Notes: generated by a model not told the origin, from the letters alone. Positions 45,039-55,652 are shown, counted from the first letter of the stretch. The stretch is 64,000 nt of DNA from a virus (IMGVR_UViG_3300032167_000083:1-64000); one strand, 5' to 3'. A program made the numbers and translations.

Positions 45039-46359
45039 GAAATATTGTCTGCGTATATGGTAACATATATGAAAAATTAGTGGTGAACCTATAAATATAG
45101 GGTGTATAATTTACGGTAAGGAATCGTAGGAAATGACGATTAGAAATTATGCTAACAGGGGATTCTAAGGATTTTTATTAATCTATGAAAATCCTGTGGT
45201 AAGCTATTTTTTGGTGGTTGTAAAAATTAAAAAGGAGGTGAAAAAGGGTAAAATGAAAGAAGGATATAGACCTCATAATTTTATTGATAGAACGAATATG
45301 AGATTTGGAAAATTAGTATGTCAAGAATATTTAGGACAAGGAAAATGGAAATGTTTGTGTGATTGTGGAAACACACATATTGTAAAAGGTGATGATTTAC
45401 CTGTGAATAGTAAAAAAAGAGGAGTTAAGTCTTGTGGGTGTGGGCATTTAAGTAAAACTTGTCCTGATATTAATTATTTTAAAAACATTAATACTTCTGA
45501 AAAAGCATACATACTTGGATTATTAGCATCTGATGGAAATATTTATAATTATAATAATAGTTATTATGCTACGATTAGATTAAAATATACAGATGTAGAT
45601 ATCTTAGAAAAAGTAAAAAAAACTATGAATATAACTTCAAAAATCACATATCAAGAAGAAAATGTTGTTTTCCCACAAGGTAATCAAGGTATTGCTAAGA
45701 TGTGTTGTTTAAGGATTTATGGAAAAGAAATTATTAATGATTTAATTTCGTATGGTTTAGTTCCAAATAAAACATTACATTTGAAAGTTGATTATAAAAA
45801 AATACCAAAAGAATTCGTAAGAGATTATTTAAGAGGATTATGGGATGGAGATGGAACTTTTGGTTTTTATGAACGACAAAATAATTCTCATACATATGAA
45901 GTTCATTATATTGGCTCTTCTGAAATAGTTAATGATATTAAAGATATTATCTTAGAAAATTTTCCACATTACAAAATTGATACTTGGCATGCTAAAGAAT
46001 GTAATGAAAATATTTTTAGATTAGGGTTATCTCGTAGAGATGATTGTATAGAATTTTTAAATTTTTTATACAAAGATGCTAATATATATTTAGATAGAAA
46101 ATATCAGAAGTATATTGATTGTATAGATTTAGTTAAATCTATTCCTTTTAAAAAATCACCATGTAGAAATTAGAAACTTAATCGACTATCCCAAATGGAG
46201 GTGGAATTCCTCAATAGGAGTAGGGGAGAGGTGAAAATCCTTTCTGGGTGAAACCCCCTTAAATCGAAGTGCCACAATCCTAATTATTTAGGATTAAGAT
46301 ATAGTCAAAACCGACTCATATGAGTGTTAAAGTACTATGAAAATAGCGGTATGTAAATG
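45039..46359 (+). mobile_element. group I intron (IA2-like) with homing endonuclease
   Basis: Exon ends in U, intron ends in G; P3 GTGGT/GCCAC, P7 GACTAT/ATAGTC, S element AAGATATAGTC, P8 AATCCTAA/TTAGGATT; splicing restores Q-I-D-K-T-K-I-G. Confidence 0.9.
45253..46173 (+). CDS. intron-encoded LAGLIDADG homing endonuclease
   Basis: YILGLLASDG and YLRGLWDGDG motifs, YL.RKY; N-terminal RFGKL..WKCLCDCG..SCGC module. Confidence 0.88.
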   Translation: MKEGYRPHNFIDRTNMRFGKLVCQEYLGQGKWKCLCDCGNTHIVKGDDLPVNSKKRGVKSCGCGHLSKTCPDINYFKNINTSEKAYILGLLASDGNIYNYNNSYYATIRLKYTDVDILEKVKKTMNITSKITYQEENVVFPQGNQGIAKMCCLRIYGKEIINDLISYGLVPNKTLHLKVDYKKIPKEFVRDYLRGLWDGDGTFGFYERQNNSHTYEVHYIGSSEIVNDIKDIILENFPHYKIDTWHAKECNENIFRLGLSRRDDCIEFLNFLYKDANIYLDRKYQKYIDCIDLVKSIPFKKSPCRN

Positions 46360-47233
46360 AGATAAAACAAAAATTGGACAAGAAGTAAAAGCAATAGCTA
46401 AAATATGGAAAACATTTCGTCCAATAAAAGAGACTGACACAGAACAAGAAAGAGAAGAAAAAGAGTTTTATAATTCTATTCTTTCAGATAGAAAACCATA
46501 CTTTTTTAAGTATTTATATAAAGATTGTAAAACAACCTATAATACAGCTTATAAAAGTTTTGATAAAGAGTCTCGTAGGAGATATGGAATAACATTAAAA
46601 GAATTAATGAATATAGAAAATATAACAGAGGAACAAGAGAAATTAATTAATCATTTTATTTCAGAAACAAGACTTATTATGTCTGACTGTGAAATGAATA
46701 GATTATGTAAACATATAGAAAATGCTAATTTTGAAATTAAATTAAATATAAGAGATGATTCTAAATTTGATTATATGTATTTTTTTGATGAAAATATTGA
46801 ATGGAAACAAGAAACATATGAGAAAATTTTTGAATTAATGAAAATGTTTAGTTTAAGTAAAAAATCTAATAAACTTGCTAATTCTTTAAGAGAAAATCAG
46901 AAAATAGGAGTCAAATCTGATAACGAAGTAACTAATGGTAAGAAGCTTGAAATAGAAGTAATGAGAAACAGATTGCTTGAAGAAGGGACTTCAGATAGTC
47001 GTGAGTTATGTAATTATCTTTTGAAGATTTTTTATGAAGATAAGAGAAGTTGGGATAAAGGATTGTTGTGGAAATTAGTTGGAGATATTTTATATGAACG
47101 TTGTTTTAATAAAAGTAATGGAAATATAAGAGTTCCTGTTTTAGATAATGATGGAGATATTATTTTTTATAATGATAAATTTAGTGTAAGAGATGTGAAT
47201 ATAAATAAAGATGAGGAAGTGAACCCATGCTAA
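46360..47233 (+). CDS. YonO-like RNA polymerase, exon 2
   Basis: Open frame from 46361 (DKTKIG...DRKPYFFKYLY) continuous with track ORF 46607..47233; spliced product 962 aa. Confidence 0.85.
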
Positions 47234-48246
47234 GAATTTTTGATACTCCAAAATACATCGAAGATAATATAAAGTATGGGTTCAGAGACCCTAATACTTG
47301 GAGATCTGATGCTGCATTATTTGTAAGATGGAAACATGCGTTAGAGCCAGATCTTAAAAAAAGAGAAGTAAAAGAAATACTTATAAAGAAGTGTAAAAAG
47401 AGTGTACCAATGTATGTACATGATTTACAATATAACACAATCAATAGAATAATGGATAAGAATTGGAATGAAGAGTTTGTTCCAATAAAAATAAAATCTA
47501 TACAAATGACCCAAGGAGTTATAGATTGGTTTATTAATCAAAACTTAAAGAAAAATGAATTAAAGTTTTTATTTGCATTATATGTAGGTTATATTTTAAA
47601 CAGATGTAGTAAACATGAATCTAAAATTAAATACATATATGATAATGGAACAGATAAGATGTTTTTAAGAAATAATACATCTATGCCAAAAAATTATTCA
47701 ACATTTAGTATGTTTAATAGAATGGAAGAATTAGGGTATGTACAGATGTATAGAGAATGTTCGACATTATTATTTATTGCTGATCCTGAATTAAGTATTT
47801 TTTCAGAAATAAAAGATGATAAACCTAAAGAATACATATATAAGTTTTATTGTGGAAGTAGTAATCCTGAAGATATGAAATACACATTTACTACTGAAGA
47901 TTTATATGATTTTGGAGATAAATTTTGGAAGATAACACAAGGTTTTATTACTTGCAAAAGATGTGGGAAAGTTGTTGAAAAAGTGACTAATCGTAAATAT
48001 TGTGAAGAATGTGCTAAAATTGAAAACGAACATTTTGTTCCAAAAGATAAACAAATAAAAAAAGTAATTTGTTGTGATTGTGGAAATGAATTTGAAACTT
48101 CTTCCAAAAATAATAAAAAGGAATACAGATGTCCAGATTGTTATAAAGTATATAGAAGAAATAAAAAAACAGAAACCATGAGACAATTAAGAATTAAAGA
48201 AAAGCCTTTTGTGGTCAGCACTAATTCGGATTTTGAGAAAATGTAA
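47227..48246 (+). CDS. protein with C-terminal Zn ribbons, coupled to RNAP gene
   Basis: CKRCG...YCEECA and CCDCG...RCPDC. Confidence 0.75.
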   Translation: MLRIFDTPKYIEDNIKYGFRDPNTWRSDAALFVRWKHALEPDLKKREVKEILIKKCKKSVPMYVHDLQYNTINRIMDKNWNEEFVPIKIKSIQMTQGVIDWFINQNLKKNELKFLFALYVGYILNRCSKHESKIKYIYDNGTDKMFLRNNTSMPKNYSTFSMFNRMEELGYVQMYRECSTLLFIADPELSIFSEIKDDKPKEYIYKFYCGSSNPEDMKYTFTTEDLYDFGDKFWKITQGFITCKRCGKVVEKVTNRKYCEECAKIENEHFVPKDKQIKKVICCDCGNEFETSSKNNKKEYRCPDCYKVYRRNKKTETMRQLRIKEKPFVVSTNSDFEKM

Positions 48247-48455
48247 AATCACATTTTACCCAAGGATTATATAGGGAAAATCGATTTATGATTTATTTTT
48301 TAGGGAATTTATAAGTTATGAAAGGGAAAGAAAAGTATTTCTTTACTTATGTCGCATATGAGACATTAAACCATATGCATTGGAGAGGTGTCACTCCTAT
48401 AAAACACGAAAAATATAATAAAAATTTTTAAAGGTTGAAAAGGAGACGAAAGATT

Positions 48456-48728
48456 ATGAAGAGAGATGAATTTGTATCTGCAGTAGCAGAAAGAGTTAAG
48501 TTTACAAAGAAGGATGTAGCCGAAGTACTTAGAGGTATTGAAGAAGAGGTTGAACATGTGGTAACAACTGAAGATTCATTTAAATTTAAGTTTGGTACAA
48601 TTGGTGGTAAGACAAGAGAGGCAAGTGTTTGTAGAAATCCAAGAACAGGTGAAAAGATTGATGTTCCTGAGAGACGTGGATATCCATATTTCAAACTTTC
48701 ACAAACAATTAAGGATGCTTCAAAGTAA
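48456..48728 (+). CDS. hup: HU-family DNA-binding protein
   Basis: F..AVAER...TKKD, FGT, R...RNPRTGEKIDVP...P.FK.S..IKD. Confidence 0.9.
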   Translation: MKRDEFVSAVAERVKFTKKDVAEVLRGIEEEVEHVVTTEDSFKFKFGTIGGKTREASVCRNPRTGEKIDVPERRGYPYFKLSQTIKDASK

Positions 48729-48748
48729 TTAATGCATATTGAAAATTA

Positions 48749-48779
48749 GAGTGAGTCAGAGATGGCTCACTCATTTTTT
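48749..48779 (+). terminator. intrinsic terminator
   Basis: GAGTGAGTCA/TGGCTCACTC + T-run. Confidence 0.8.
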
Positions 48780-48942
48780 AAATATATAAAACTCAGTTTT
48801 TATTAGGTAAAATGATATTAAAATTTCTTATGTATAAAATAAGAAAAATAGTTGATTTTTAATAAAAAATATGTTATAATAAGTGTAGTATAAAGTATTT
48901 TATACATAACAAATTTTAATAAATAAAAAAAGGATAAAAGGA

Positions 48943-50304
48943 TTGGTGAATAATATAATGAGTAATGATATGTTAAAAGATAAAAAAGAAAGTTTTTTAG
49001 AGTTTGCAAATAGAATTGTGACAGATGAAAACATTAAAGAATATGGTATTTTACATATATTTAAGAGTTTATTTGAGAATGATAATGTGTCATATGATAA
49101 TGCTCAAAGACAACTATTAGGTATTAGAAAATTTTTAAATGAATATCGTAAAGATTTAATAGATAAAGAAATGGAACAATTAGATAAGTCTTTAGATTCA
49201 GTGAAAGATGTTGTTCAACAATTAGATATTTCAATTAATGCTGATGGTAGTCAGACGAGTAATGCGTTATTACAATTAAGTGAAGAACAAATAAAAACTC
49301 CAAAATTGTTATTAGAAGCACATGGATATGATAATGATATGTGGGAATTAGTTAATTCTAAAAATTCCATGTGGCATCAAAATAGCAATAAAAATGGACT
49401 TAAAACATTATATTGCAGTAAAATTACAGTAAAACCACGAACGGAAATTTCTATAGAAAAAGTTCAGGAAATTTTTGAAAAAATGGATAGAGAATATCAA
49501 ATTCCATTTTATGATAATGGTTTAGAATTTAGTAATAAAGATGAATGTATGGTTTTGAATTTCTTTGATGTCCATTTTTCTAAATTAGCTCATTCTTCAG
49601 AATCAGGGGAAAATTATGATTATAAAATAGCTAAAAAAAGAATTATGGATAGTATATATGAATATAAGAATCGTTTTATAGGAAGGTCCTTTCATAATAT
49701 TTATTTTGCTATAGGTCAAGATTATTTTAATTCAGAACCCACAGGAAATACTGTTGGAAATACAAAACAAGATAATGATAGTAGATATTCAGTAATGTTT
49801 GAGGAAGGTGTTAAAACATTAATTGATGTTATTGAAATTTTGAAAACAATGGGGATAAATATAATAGTTCCATTAGTACAGGGAAATCATAGTACATATA
49901 CTGAATACTACGCTGCACAATATTTAAAAGCATGGTATCGTAATGATACATATGTTACAATTTGTGCAAGTCCATTACCAAGAAAATATTATACATTTGG
50001 AACGAATCTTTTTGGATTTACGCATAATAGTGAAGAAAAAAATAGAATATATACATTAATGCAAGTTGAAGCCGCTGAAGAGTGGGGGAAGACAGTAGAA
50101 CATACTTGGTTTACAGGACATTTACATTGTGAGGATGTCAAAGAAGGTGGAGGTGTCTATATTAGACAAGCTCCTACATTATGTGGGACAGATGCTTGGC
50201 ATAAAAGATCTGGGTATGTTAATCCAATAAAAAGAACACAGGCTTTTGTTTATGATTATGATTTAGGATTGGTAGAAAGCCATTATGTTCGAATAATAGA
50301 ATGA
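48943..50304 (+). CDS. calcineurin-like metallophosphoesterase
   Basis: DVH, GQD, GNH, FTH and GHLH motifs. Confidence 0.8.
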   Translation: MVNNIMSNDMLKDKKESFLEFANRIVTDENIKEYGILHIFKSLFENDNVSYDNAQRQLLGIRKFLNEYRKDLIDKEMEQLDKSLDSVKDVVQQLDISINADGSQTSNALLQLSEEQIKTPKLLLEAHGYDNDMWELVNSKNSMWHQNSNKNGLKTLYCSKITVKPRTEISIEKVQEIFEKMDREYQIPFYDNGLEFSNKDECMVLNFFDVHFSKLAHSSESGENYDYKIAKKRIMDSIYEYKNRFIGRSFHNIYFAIGQDYFNSEPTGNTVGNTKQDNDSRYSVMFEEGVKTLIDVIEILKTMGINIIVPLVQGNHSTYTEYYAAQYLKAWYRNDTYVTICASPLPRKYYTFGTNLFGFTHNSEEKNRIYTLMQVEAAEEWGKTVEHTWFTGHLHCEDVKEGGGVYIRQAPTLCGTDAWHKRSGYVNPIKRTQAFVYDYDLGLVESHYVRIIE

Positions 50305-50369
50305 TAAAAGATGAGATTTCTCATCTTTTTCTTTTTGTATAAAAAATAAGATAGAAAGGGATGAGAATT

Positions 50370-50692
50370 GTGACAATATTAGAAAAAATATATTATATTC
50401 TCCAGAAAATATATTATGTGATTCGTATGATATAAAAATAGAAAAAGCAGATATTTTAAAAATTCAAATATCAGGAGAAGGCTCTTGTGATATAAAAATT
50501 TATGGAAAGTTAAGTTCTCAGGGGACAGATGAGAAAATATGTGTAGTAAATGATGCAGATTACAGTATAACGAATGAAATTACAAAATCAGGAATTTATA
50601 CAATATCTTGTGAATGTTATTATTCGATAAAAATAGAAGTTATAAGTACAGATAATAATATGTCTTGTCTTATAGTAAAGGGGGCATATTAA
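50370..50692 (+). pseudogene. frameshifted ORF (-1 at GAAAAAAT, 50382-50389)
   Basis: RBS+GTG frame stops early; the -1 frame stays open ~100 codons and its TAA overlaps the next ATG. Confidence 0.55.
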
Positions 50693-51033
50693 TGGTTGAT
50701 TTTGTAGCAAGAGCATTAGCTCAACAAGCATTATCTGGGTCTGGAGAGTCTGGTAATTATGATGATGTAAAATTAGAATTTGATGATAATAATAATTTGG
50801 TTGTCACTATAAATGGTAAAACTTTAAAATTTGCTTCAATTGAAGTAATAGACGAACCATACTTGACAATAGATAACAATGGCACATATTTATCGATTGA
50901 CAATAATAATACAAATTTAACTATTGAGGGAACTAAACAAGAAAATAAATCATATTTAACCACAGATAATAATAATACATATTTAAGAACAGATAATGAT
51001 AATACATATTTAATAGTTGAAGAAAATATATAA
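50692..51033 (+). CDS. hypothetical protein with YLT.DN.N repeats
   Basis: MVDFVARALA start coupled to upstream stop; about six 10-aa repeats. Confidence 0.7.
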   Translation: MVDFVARALAQQALSGSGESGNYDDVKLEFDDNNNLVVTINGKTLKFASIEVIDEPYLTIDNNGTYLSIDNNNTNLTIEGTKQENKSYLTTDNNNTYLRTDNDNTYLIVEENI

Positions 51034-51050
51034 TTTTAGTAGGTGGTAAA

Positions 51051-51320
51051 ATGGCTAAAAAGAAAAAAGAAAAACAAAAGGGATTATTTAGTAAGTGTAT
51101 TGTTGTGTTTTGTGTTATTGAAATGATGTTAATGCAAGCATGGGGAATGTGGATTGCTGACAGCGATACATACAGTACTGATAGTTTAATAGTTGCTAAT
51201 CACGCTGTTTTTGGAGGAGAATTATTAATGCTTTGTTTAAAAAGGCTATTAACAAAAGATGACCCTAATAAAAATACTCAAGAAGAAGTTAAGAAAAATG
51301 ATGAGATTATATATGGATGA
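51051..51320 (+). CDS. two-TM membrane protein (holin-like)
   Basis: FSK.IV...FGGELL..C.K pattern, two hydrophobic segments. Confidence 0.6.
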   Translation: MAKKKKEKQKGLFSKCIVVFCVIEMMLMQAWGMWIADSDTYSTDSLIVANHAVFGGELLMLCLKRLLTKDDPNKNTQEEVKKNDEIIYG

Positions 51321-51345
51321 TTTATAATAGAAAGGGTGAATTTTT

Positions 51346-51711
51346 ATGAATATAAATAAGGAAAAGATTATTGATGCAATAGTTGTGTTAGCTGTCTTAG
51401 TAAATACATTTTTGACAATGTTGGGGAAAAATCCAATTCCATATTCTGAAGAGGAAATATATGTAGGGATTAGTTCAGTTGCTTCAGTTTTATCAACTCT
51501 CTACATATGGTGGAAGAATAATAAAGCACAAAATCAAGTAAAAGAGATTTCTGATGAAAATAAACAGCTTTCATCAATAATAGCAAAGGATAAACAAATG
51601 ATTGTAGAACAGTCTGAACAAATTGAAAAACTTGAACAATACGTTGAAAAATCTGACCTTCAAATTAAAAACCTTGAAAATAAAATTGTAGTTTTAGCGA
51701 AAGGCGAATAA
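51346..51711 (+). CDS. SPP1-family holin with coiled-coil extension
   Basis: LVN..LTMLGKNPIP..EE...WWKNN signature. Confidence 0.8.
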   Translation: MNINKEKIIDAIVVLAVLVNTFLTMLGKNPIPYSEEEIYVGISSVASVLSTLYIWWKNNKAQNQVKEISDENKQLSSIIAKDKQMIVEQSEQIEKLEQYVEKSDLQIKNLENKIVVLAKGE

Positions 51712-51714
51712 TCT

Positions 51715-52950
51715 ATGGCAACAAAACATAAAAATGATGTCAGAAAAGCAATAGGTCCTACAACTCAGAAAATACAAGATTTGCATGCAAAAATTCGTGA
51801 AAATATAAAAGAAAATTTAATTTTTCCAACTGAAGAAGAGATACAGGCAAAAAAGACATGCAGTATGTGTAATAAATCTTTGCCAGATGAAGATTTTTGG
51901 AAAACTTATTCTTATGCACAATCAGGGAGGCTGTCTGAGTCTGGTAAAATTTTTTGTCCTGTATGTAGAAGTTGTGGACAAAAATTATTTGATTTTTATT
52001 ATGAAGTAATTCATAAAAAAGATCTTATGAAAGCATTAGAACATACTTGCTGTGATTTAAATATCTATTGGGATATTGAATTATTCAATGAATGCAAAAG
52101 AATATATGAAAACAATGAGAGAAAATTACATATATTATCCGAGTATATTGCTTCAGTAGGAAGAAAAGGATTTGCTTATATGGGAAAAACATATTGGGAT
52201 AGTCCTAAAATTGTCAATAAAGGTAATGAAGGTTCAGATGGAGATTCTGAGGTTAAGACCGACTATTATGGTTGGGATACTCCTATAGAATGGAGTAAAG
52301 AAGATGCTGAAAATAGAAGAAAGGTTTTGAGAGTCTATAGATACGATCCTTTTGAGGAAGATGGAGATGATGATCGTAAGGCACTATATAGGGATTTAGT
52401 TGCTATGCTAGATGATGCCATGGAAGATGATTATGTAAAATCCAGAGGTGCATTAGAAGTTGTTAGAGGATTTAATAGACTTGAAAAATTAGGAAAACAG
52501 ATTGCAGAATTAGAAAGAGATGACCCTGATAATATTGTTCAAATTCAAAAAATATCTGATATAAAAACAAAAGAGCGTAATGCTATTAGTTCTTTTTGTA
52601 AAGATAATGGATTTGCTGCTTCTTATCAGATGAAAAAATCAAAAGGTGCAGGAACGTTATCAGGGGTACTTAATGAAATTAATGAAAAACAATATGAATC
52701 TGGTTTATTGAACATGTATGATGTTGAAACCAGTGAAAGTATTGGACAAGCTGCGAAAGCTTCCATGCAAGCAATATTTGATCAGTTGAATTTTGGTGCT
52801 AATGAATCTTATTTAGTAATTCAAAATCAACGTGATATGATAAGAAAATTAGATAATGATAATAAAAGATTACAGGAAGAATTAAGAAAAGCCAATTGTA
52901 AGATTACAGAAATGAAACTCAAAAAAGAATCGAAAGAAGGTGCTTCTTAA
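51715..52950 (+). CDS. Zn-finger protein upstream of terminase (possible small terminase)
   Basis: CSMC...CRSC; position directly before TerL as in SPbeta-like phages. Confidence 0.55.
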   Translation: MATKHKNDVRKAIGPTTQKIQDLHAKIRENIKENLIFPTEEEIQAKKTCSMCNKSLPDEDFWKTYSYAQSGRLSESGKIFCPVCRSCGQKLFDFYYEVIHKKDLMKALEHTCCDLNIYWDIELFNECKRIYENNERKLHILSEYIASVGRKGFAYMGKTYWDSPKIVNKGNEGSDGDSEVKTDYYGWDTPIEWSKEDAENRRKVLRVYRYDPFEEDGDDDRKALYRDLVAMLDDAMEDDYVKSRGALEVVRGFNRLEKLGKQIAELERDDPDNIVQIQKISDIKTKERNAISSFCKDNGFAASYQMKKSKGAGTLSGVLNEINEKQYESGLLNMYDVETSESIGQAAKASMQAIFDQLNFGANESYLVIQNQRDMIRKLDNDNKRLQEELRKANCKITEMKLKKESKEGAS

Positions 52951-55277
52951 TGATTAATGTAATTTTTAATAAATCAGATTATGAAATTTCTCAAAGAAAG
53001 ATGGAAATGTATGATAAATATCTTAAAGTTATTCAATGGGGTAGAAGACATCCTGTTCGCTTTATGGAGATGATATTTGGATTGCAATTTACAGATCATC
53101 AAAGATATGTATTGTTATCTACTTGGACAACAAGATATGCAGTTTGGCTAATGTCAAGAAATAGTGGAAAAGCGACATGTTTAGATACTATTGTATATAC
53201 TAATAATGGTGAAAAACAAATTGGTGATTTGAAAATTGGTGATTTGATTTATGATAATAATAATGAATTAACTGAAGTAATACATTTAAATCCGATTATT
53301 TTTGAACAAGTTTATGAAGTTGAATTTGATGATGGAGAAATTATTAAATGTAATGCAGAGCATTTATGGTGTGTTTGCAATTCCAAAGATTCATTATTTA
53401 ATATAGTAGAAACTAGAGAATTATATGATTATTTAAATAATTCAATTGGTAATATAATAACAATACCAGATTTAAATGGTACAAAAAATATTATAAAAAT
53501 AAGAAAAACAAATGAGAAAAAAGCTATGAGATGTATAACTGTATCAAATGATACAGGTCTTTTTTTATGTGGAGAAAATAAAACTATAACTCATAATTCT
53601 TATTTATCAGCACCATATATGATGGCAAGAAGTATTTTAATACCAAATCATAAAAGTTATATTTTATGTCCATCAGGTAATCAGGCACAACAGACTTTTT
53701 CTAAAATAGAAGACTTAGCAAAAGGCAAAGTTGCTTCTGTTAAAGGTTCTACAGGTGTCTTTTTAGCAGAATTAATGAGAGCGAATGCAGGAACAGACCC
53801 ATTTGTACATGATAAACATTCACATCATTGTGAATTGTATAATGGTAGCAGTATTTGGACTGTTAATAGTGTTGCTAAAAATGCAGTGGGTATTCGTTCA
53901 AACCTTAATTTTTATGATGAGGCAGGTAAAGTTGAACGAGAATTTTTTGCTTTAACTGAACCTTTCTGTACTCAGGATACAAACTTTGCAACTGGTGCAG
54001 ATTTTAATATAAAATGTTATCCTCGTCAACTGCCGAATCAAATTATATATGCAAGTTCAGCAGAGACGATTGATAGTCAACTTTATGATGCATACAAAGA
54101 TGGAGCAATGCGAATGATTGCAGGAGATCCAGAATATTTTGTGTGTGATATTACATGTGAATTAAGTTTAAATCCATATATGGATGGAAAGCCTTATAGT
54201 GCGTTGTTATCTAGAGAAGTTATAGATGATGCAATGAGAAAAAATGAATATAAAGCTACACGAGAATATTATAATAAATTTGATATTGCAGGTGGTCAAG
54301 ATGCATTAGTTAAAAGAACAACACTTATTGCAAATAGTTATGCTTATGCTCCTATTTATCAGAATGAAAATGATTTAAAACAGTATATTATAGCATATGA
54401 CCCTGCTACAAAATTAGATAATAGTATGATTGGTATTGGTGAAATATTTACACATCCAGAGAATGGATTAATGTTAAAAATTGTAGATATGATTAATCTT
54501 ATAGAAAAAGGTGGCAATGGGGAAAAGAAAGTAATTCAAAAACCAGACCAGGTTGAGATTTTAAAAAAGATATTATTAAAATATAATGGAAGAGTTCCAG
54601 ATTATGATAATCTTATTAGAGTTCTCATAGATGCAGGATCTGGTGGTGGTGGATTCGATATTGCTCAATACTTGTTAAGAGATTGGATTGGTGTTGATGG
54701 AAGAAAACATCTTGGATTAATTGATTTACAAGATAAATATTTAAAAGAAGAAAAAGACAAGTTCCCAGGAGCTGTCGATAAATTAACTATGGTGAGCTTT
54801 ACTAAATACAAGACCGAGATATATACTGAATGTCAGAATATGATCAATCAAGGGTTAGTAATGTTCCCAAAATCGTTGAATTTAAAGGGAGAGATGGAAT
54901 TTGAAGAAGAACAACCAGATGGAACAATTAAAATAATTACTGAAAGAATGAATTCAGATGAAATTAAAAGTTTAGTTGAAATAGATTTGCTTAAGGAAGA
55001 ATTAGTAGCAATGCAGAAAACACAAAATGGTAGTACAATTAAATTTGATTTATTGCCAAGTAAAAAATTAGAGGGAATGCATGATGATAGAAGTGACGTA
55101 TGTGCAATGATGTGTTGGCAATTAGCAAAAATGAGAAGTAAAGATTTGCTTCATGTTGAGAGAGGAAATAATCAATTTGATAAACTTTTTAAACATGGAG
55201 TTTCTTATAATTCTAATCCTTTAAGTAAAAATAAAAATCCATTTGCAAATTCTAAACCAAATCCATTTTTAAGATAA
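52950..55277 (+). CDS. terL: terminase large subunit (intein-containing)
   Basis: Walker A SRNSGK|S after intein removal, FYDEAG Walker B, YDPA and HDDR nuclease motifs. Confidence 0.92.
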   Translation: MINVIFNKSDYEISQRKMEMYDKYLKVIQWGRRHPVRFMEMIFGLQFTDHQRYVLLSTWTTRYAVWLMSRNSGKATCLDTIVYTNNGEKQIGDLKIGDLIYDNNNELTEVIHLNPIIFEQVYEVEFDDGEIIKCNAEHLWCVCNSKDSLFNIVETRELYDYLNNSIGNIITIPDLNGTKNIIKIRKTNEKKAMRCITVSNDTGLFLCGENKTITHNSYLSAPYMMARSILIPNHKSYILCPSGNQAQQTFSKIEDLAKGKVASVKGSTGVFLAELMRANAGTDPFVHDKHSHHCELYNGSSIWTVNSVAKNAVGIRSNLNFYDEAGKVEREFFALTEPFCTQDTNFATGADFNIKCYPRQLPNQIIYASSAETIDSQLYDAYKDGAMRMIAGDPEYFVCDITCELSLNPYMDGKPYSALLSREVIDDAMRKNEYKATREYYNKFDIAGGQDALVKRTTLIANSYAYAPIYQNENDLKQYIIAYDPATKLDNSMIGIGEIFTHPENGLMLKIVDMINLIEKGGNGEKKVIQKPDQVEILKKILLKYNGRVPDYDNLIRVLIDAGSGGGGFDIAQYLLRDWIGVDGRKHLGLIDLQDKYLKEEKDKFPGAVDKLTMVSFTKYKTEIYTECQNMINQGLVMFPKSLNLKGEMEFEEEQPDGTIKIITERMNSDEIKSLVEIDLLKEELVAMQKTQNGSTIKFDLLPSKKLEGMHDDRSDVCAMMCWQLAKMRSKDLLHVERGNNQFDKLFKHGVSYNSNPLSKNKNPFANSKPNPFLR
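53172..53597 (+). mobile_element. class 3 mini-intein (142 aa)
   Basis: Starts with Ala (ATCLDT), block B HLW, block F MRCITV, ends THN followed by Ser; no endonuclease domain. Confidence 0.88.
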
Positions 55278-55286
55278 GGTGTTATT

Positions 55287-55652
55287 ATGATTTATAAAAT
55301 AAATGTAAATATAGAAAACATTATAGGTTTATTAGATAAGATTAGTAAAAAATATAATGTTTACTTTAAAAATAATATATTATATATATCTTCTATAGAT
55401 TATAAAATTTTCACGATTAAAGATGTAAAAAAGCTATTTAATCAAGATAATATATATATAGAAGAAATTAATGAAACAAATTTAAAATATGAACCATCAG
55501 ATGTTATTATCTGGTGTAGAGATTATTTTGTTCAAAGGGATTTAAAAAAGTATGAAGAGGAACATCAAGATGATATTTCTAATTATATGAAGGTTTTAGA
55601 TAAATTTGAACAAAATCTTGAACGAATATATAAAGAGAAAGTAGGTGAATAA
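55287..55652 (+). CDS. hypothetical protein
   Basis: 121-aa ORF between terminase and portal. Confidence 0.7.
   Translation: MIYKINVNIENIIGLLDKISKKYNVYFKNNILYISSIDYKIFTIKDVKKLFNQDNIYIEEINETNLKYEPSDVIIWCRDYFVQRDLKKYEEEHQDDISNYMKVLDKFEQNLERIYKEKVGE

Noticed and set aside
45039-45063. Track C-terminus MKYCLRIW of the 679-aa ORF, and stand-alone ORF 46607..47233
   Set aside because: Read-through into the intron and part of exon 2, respectively
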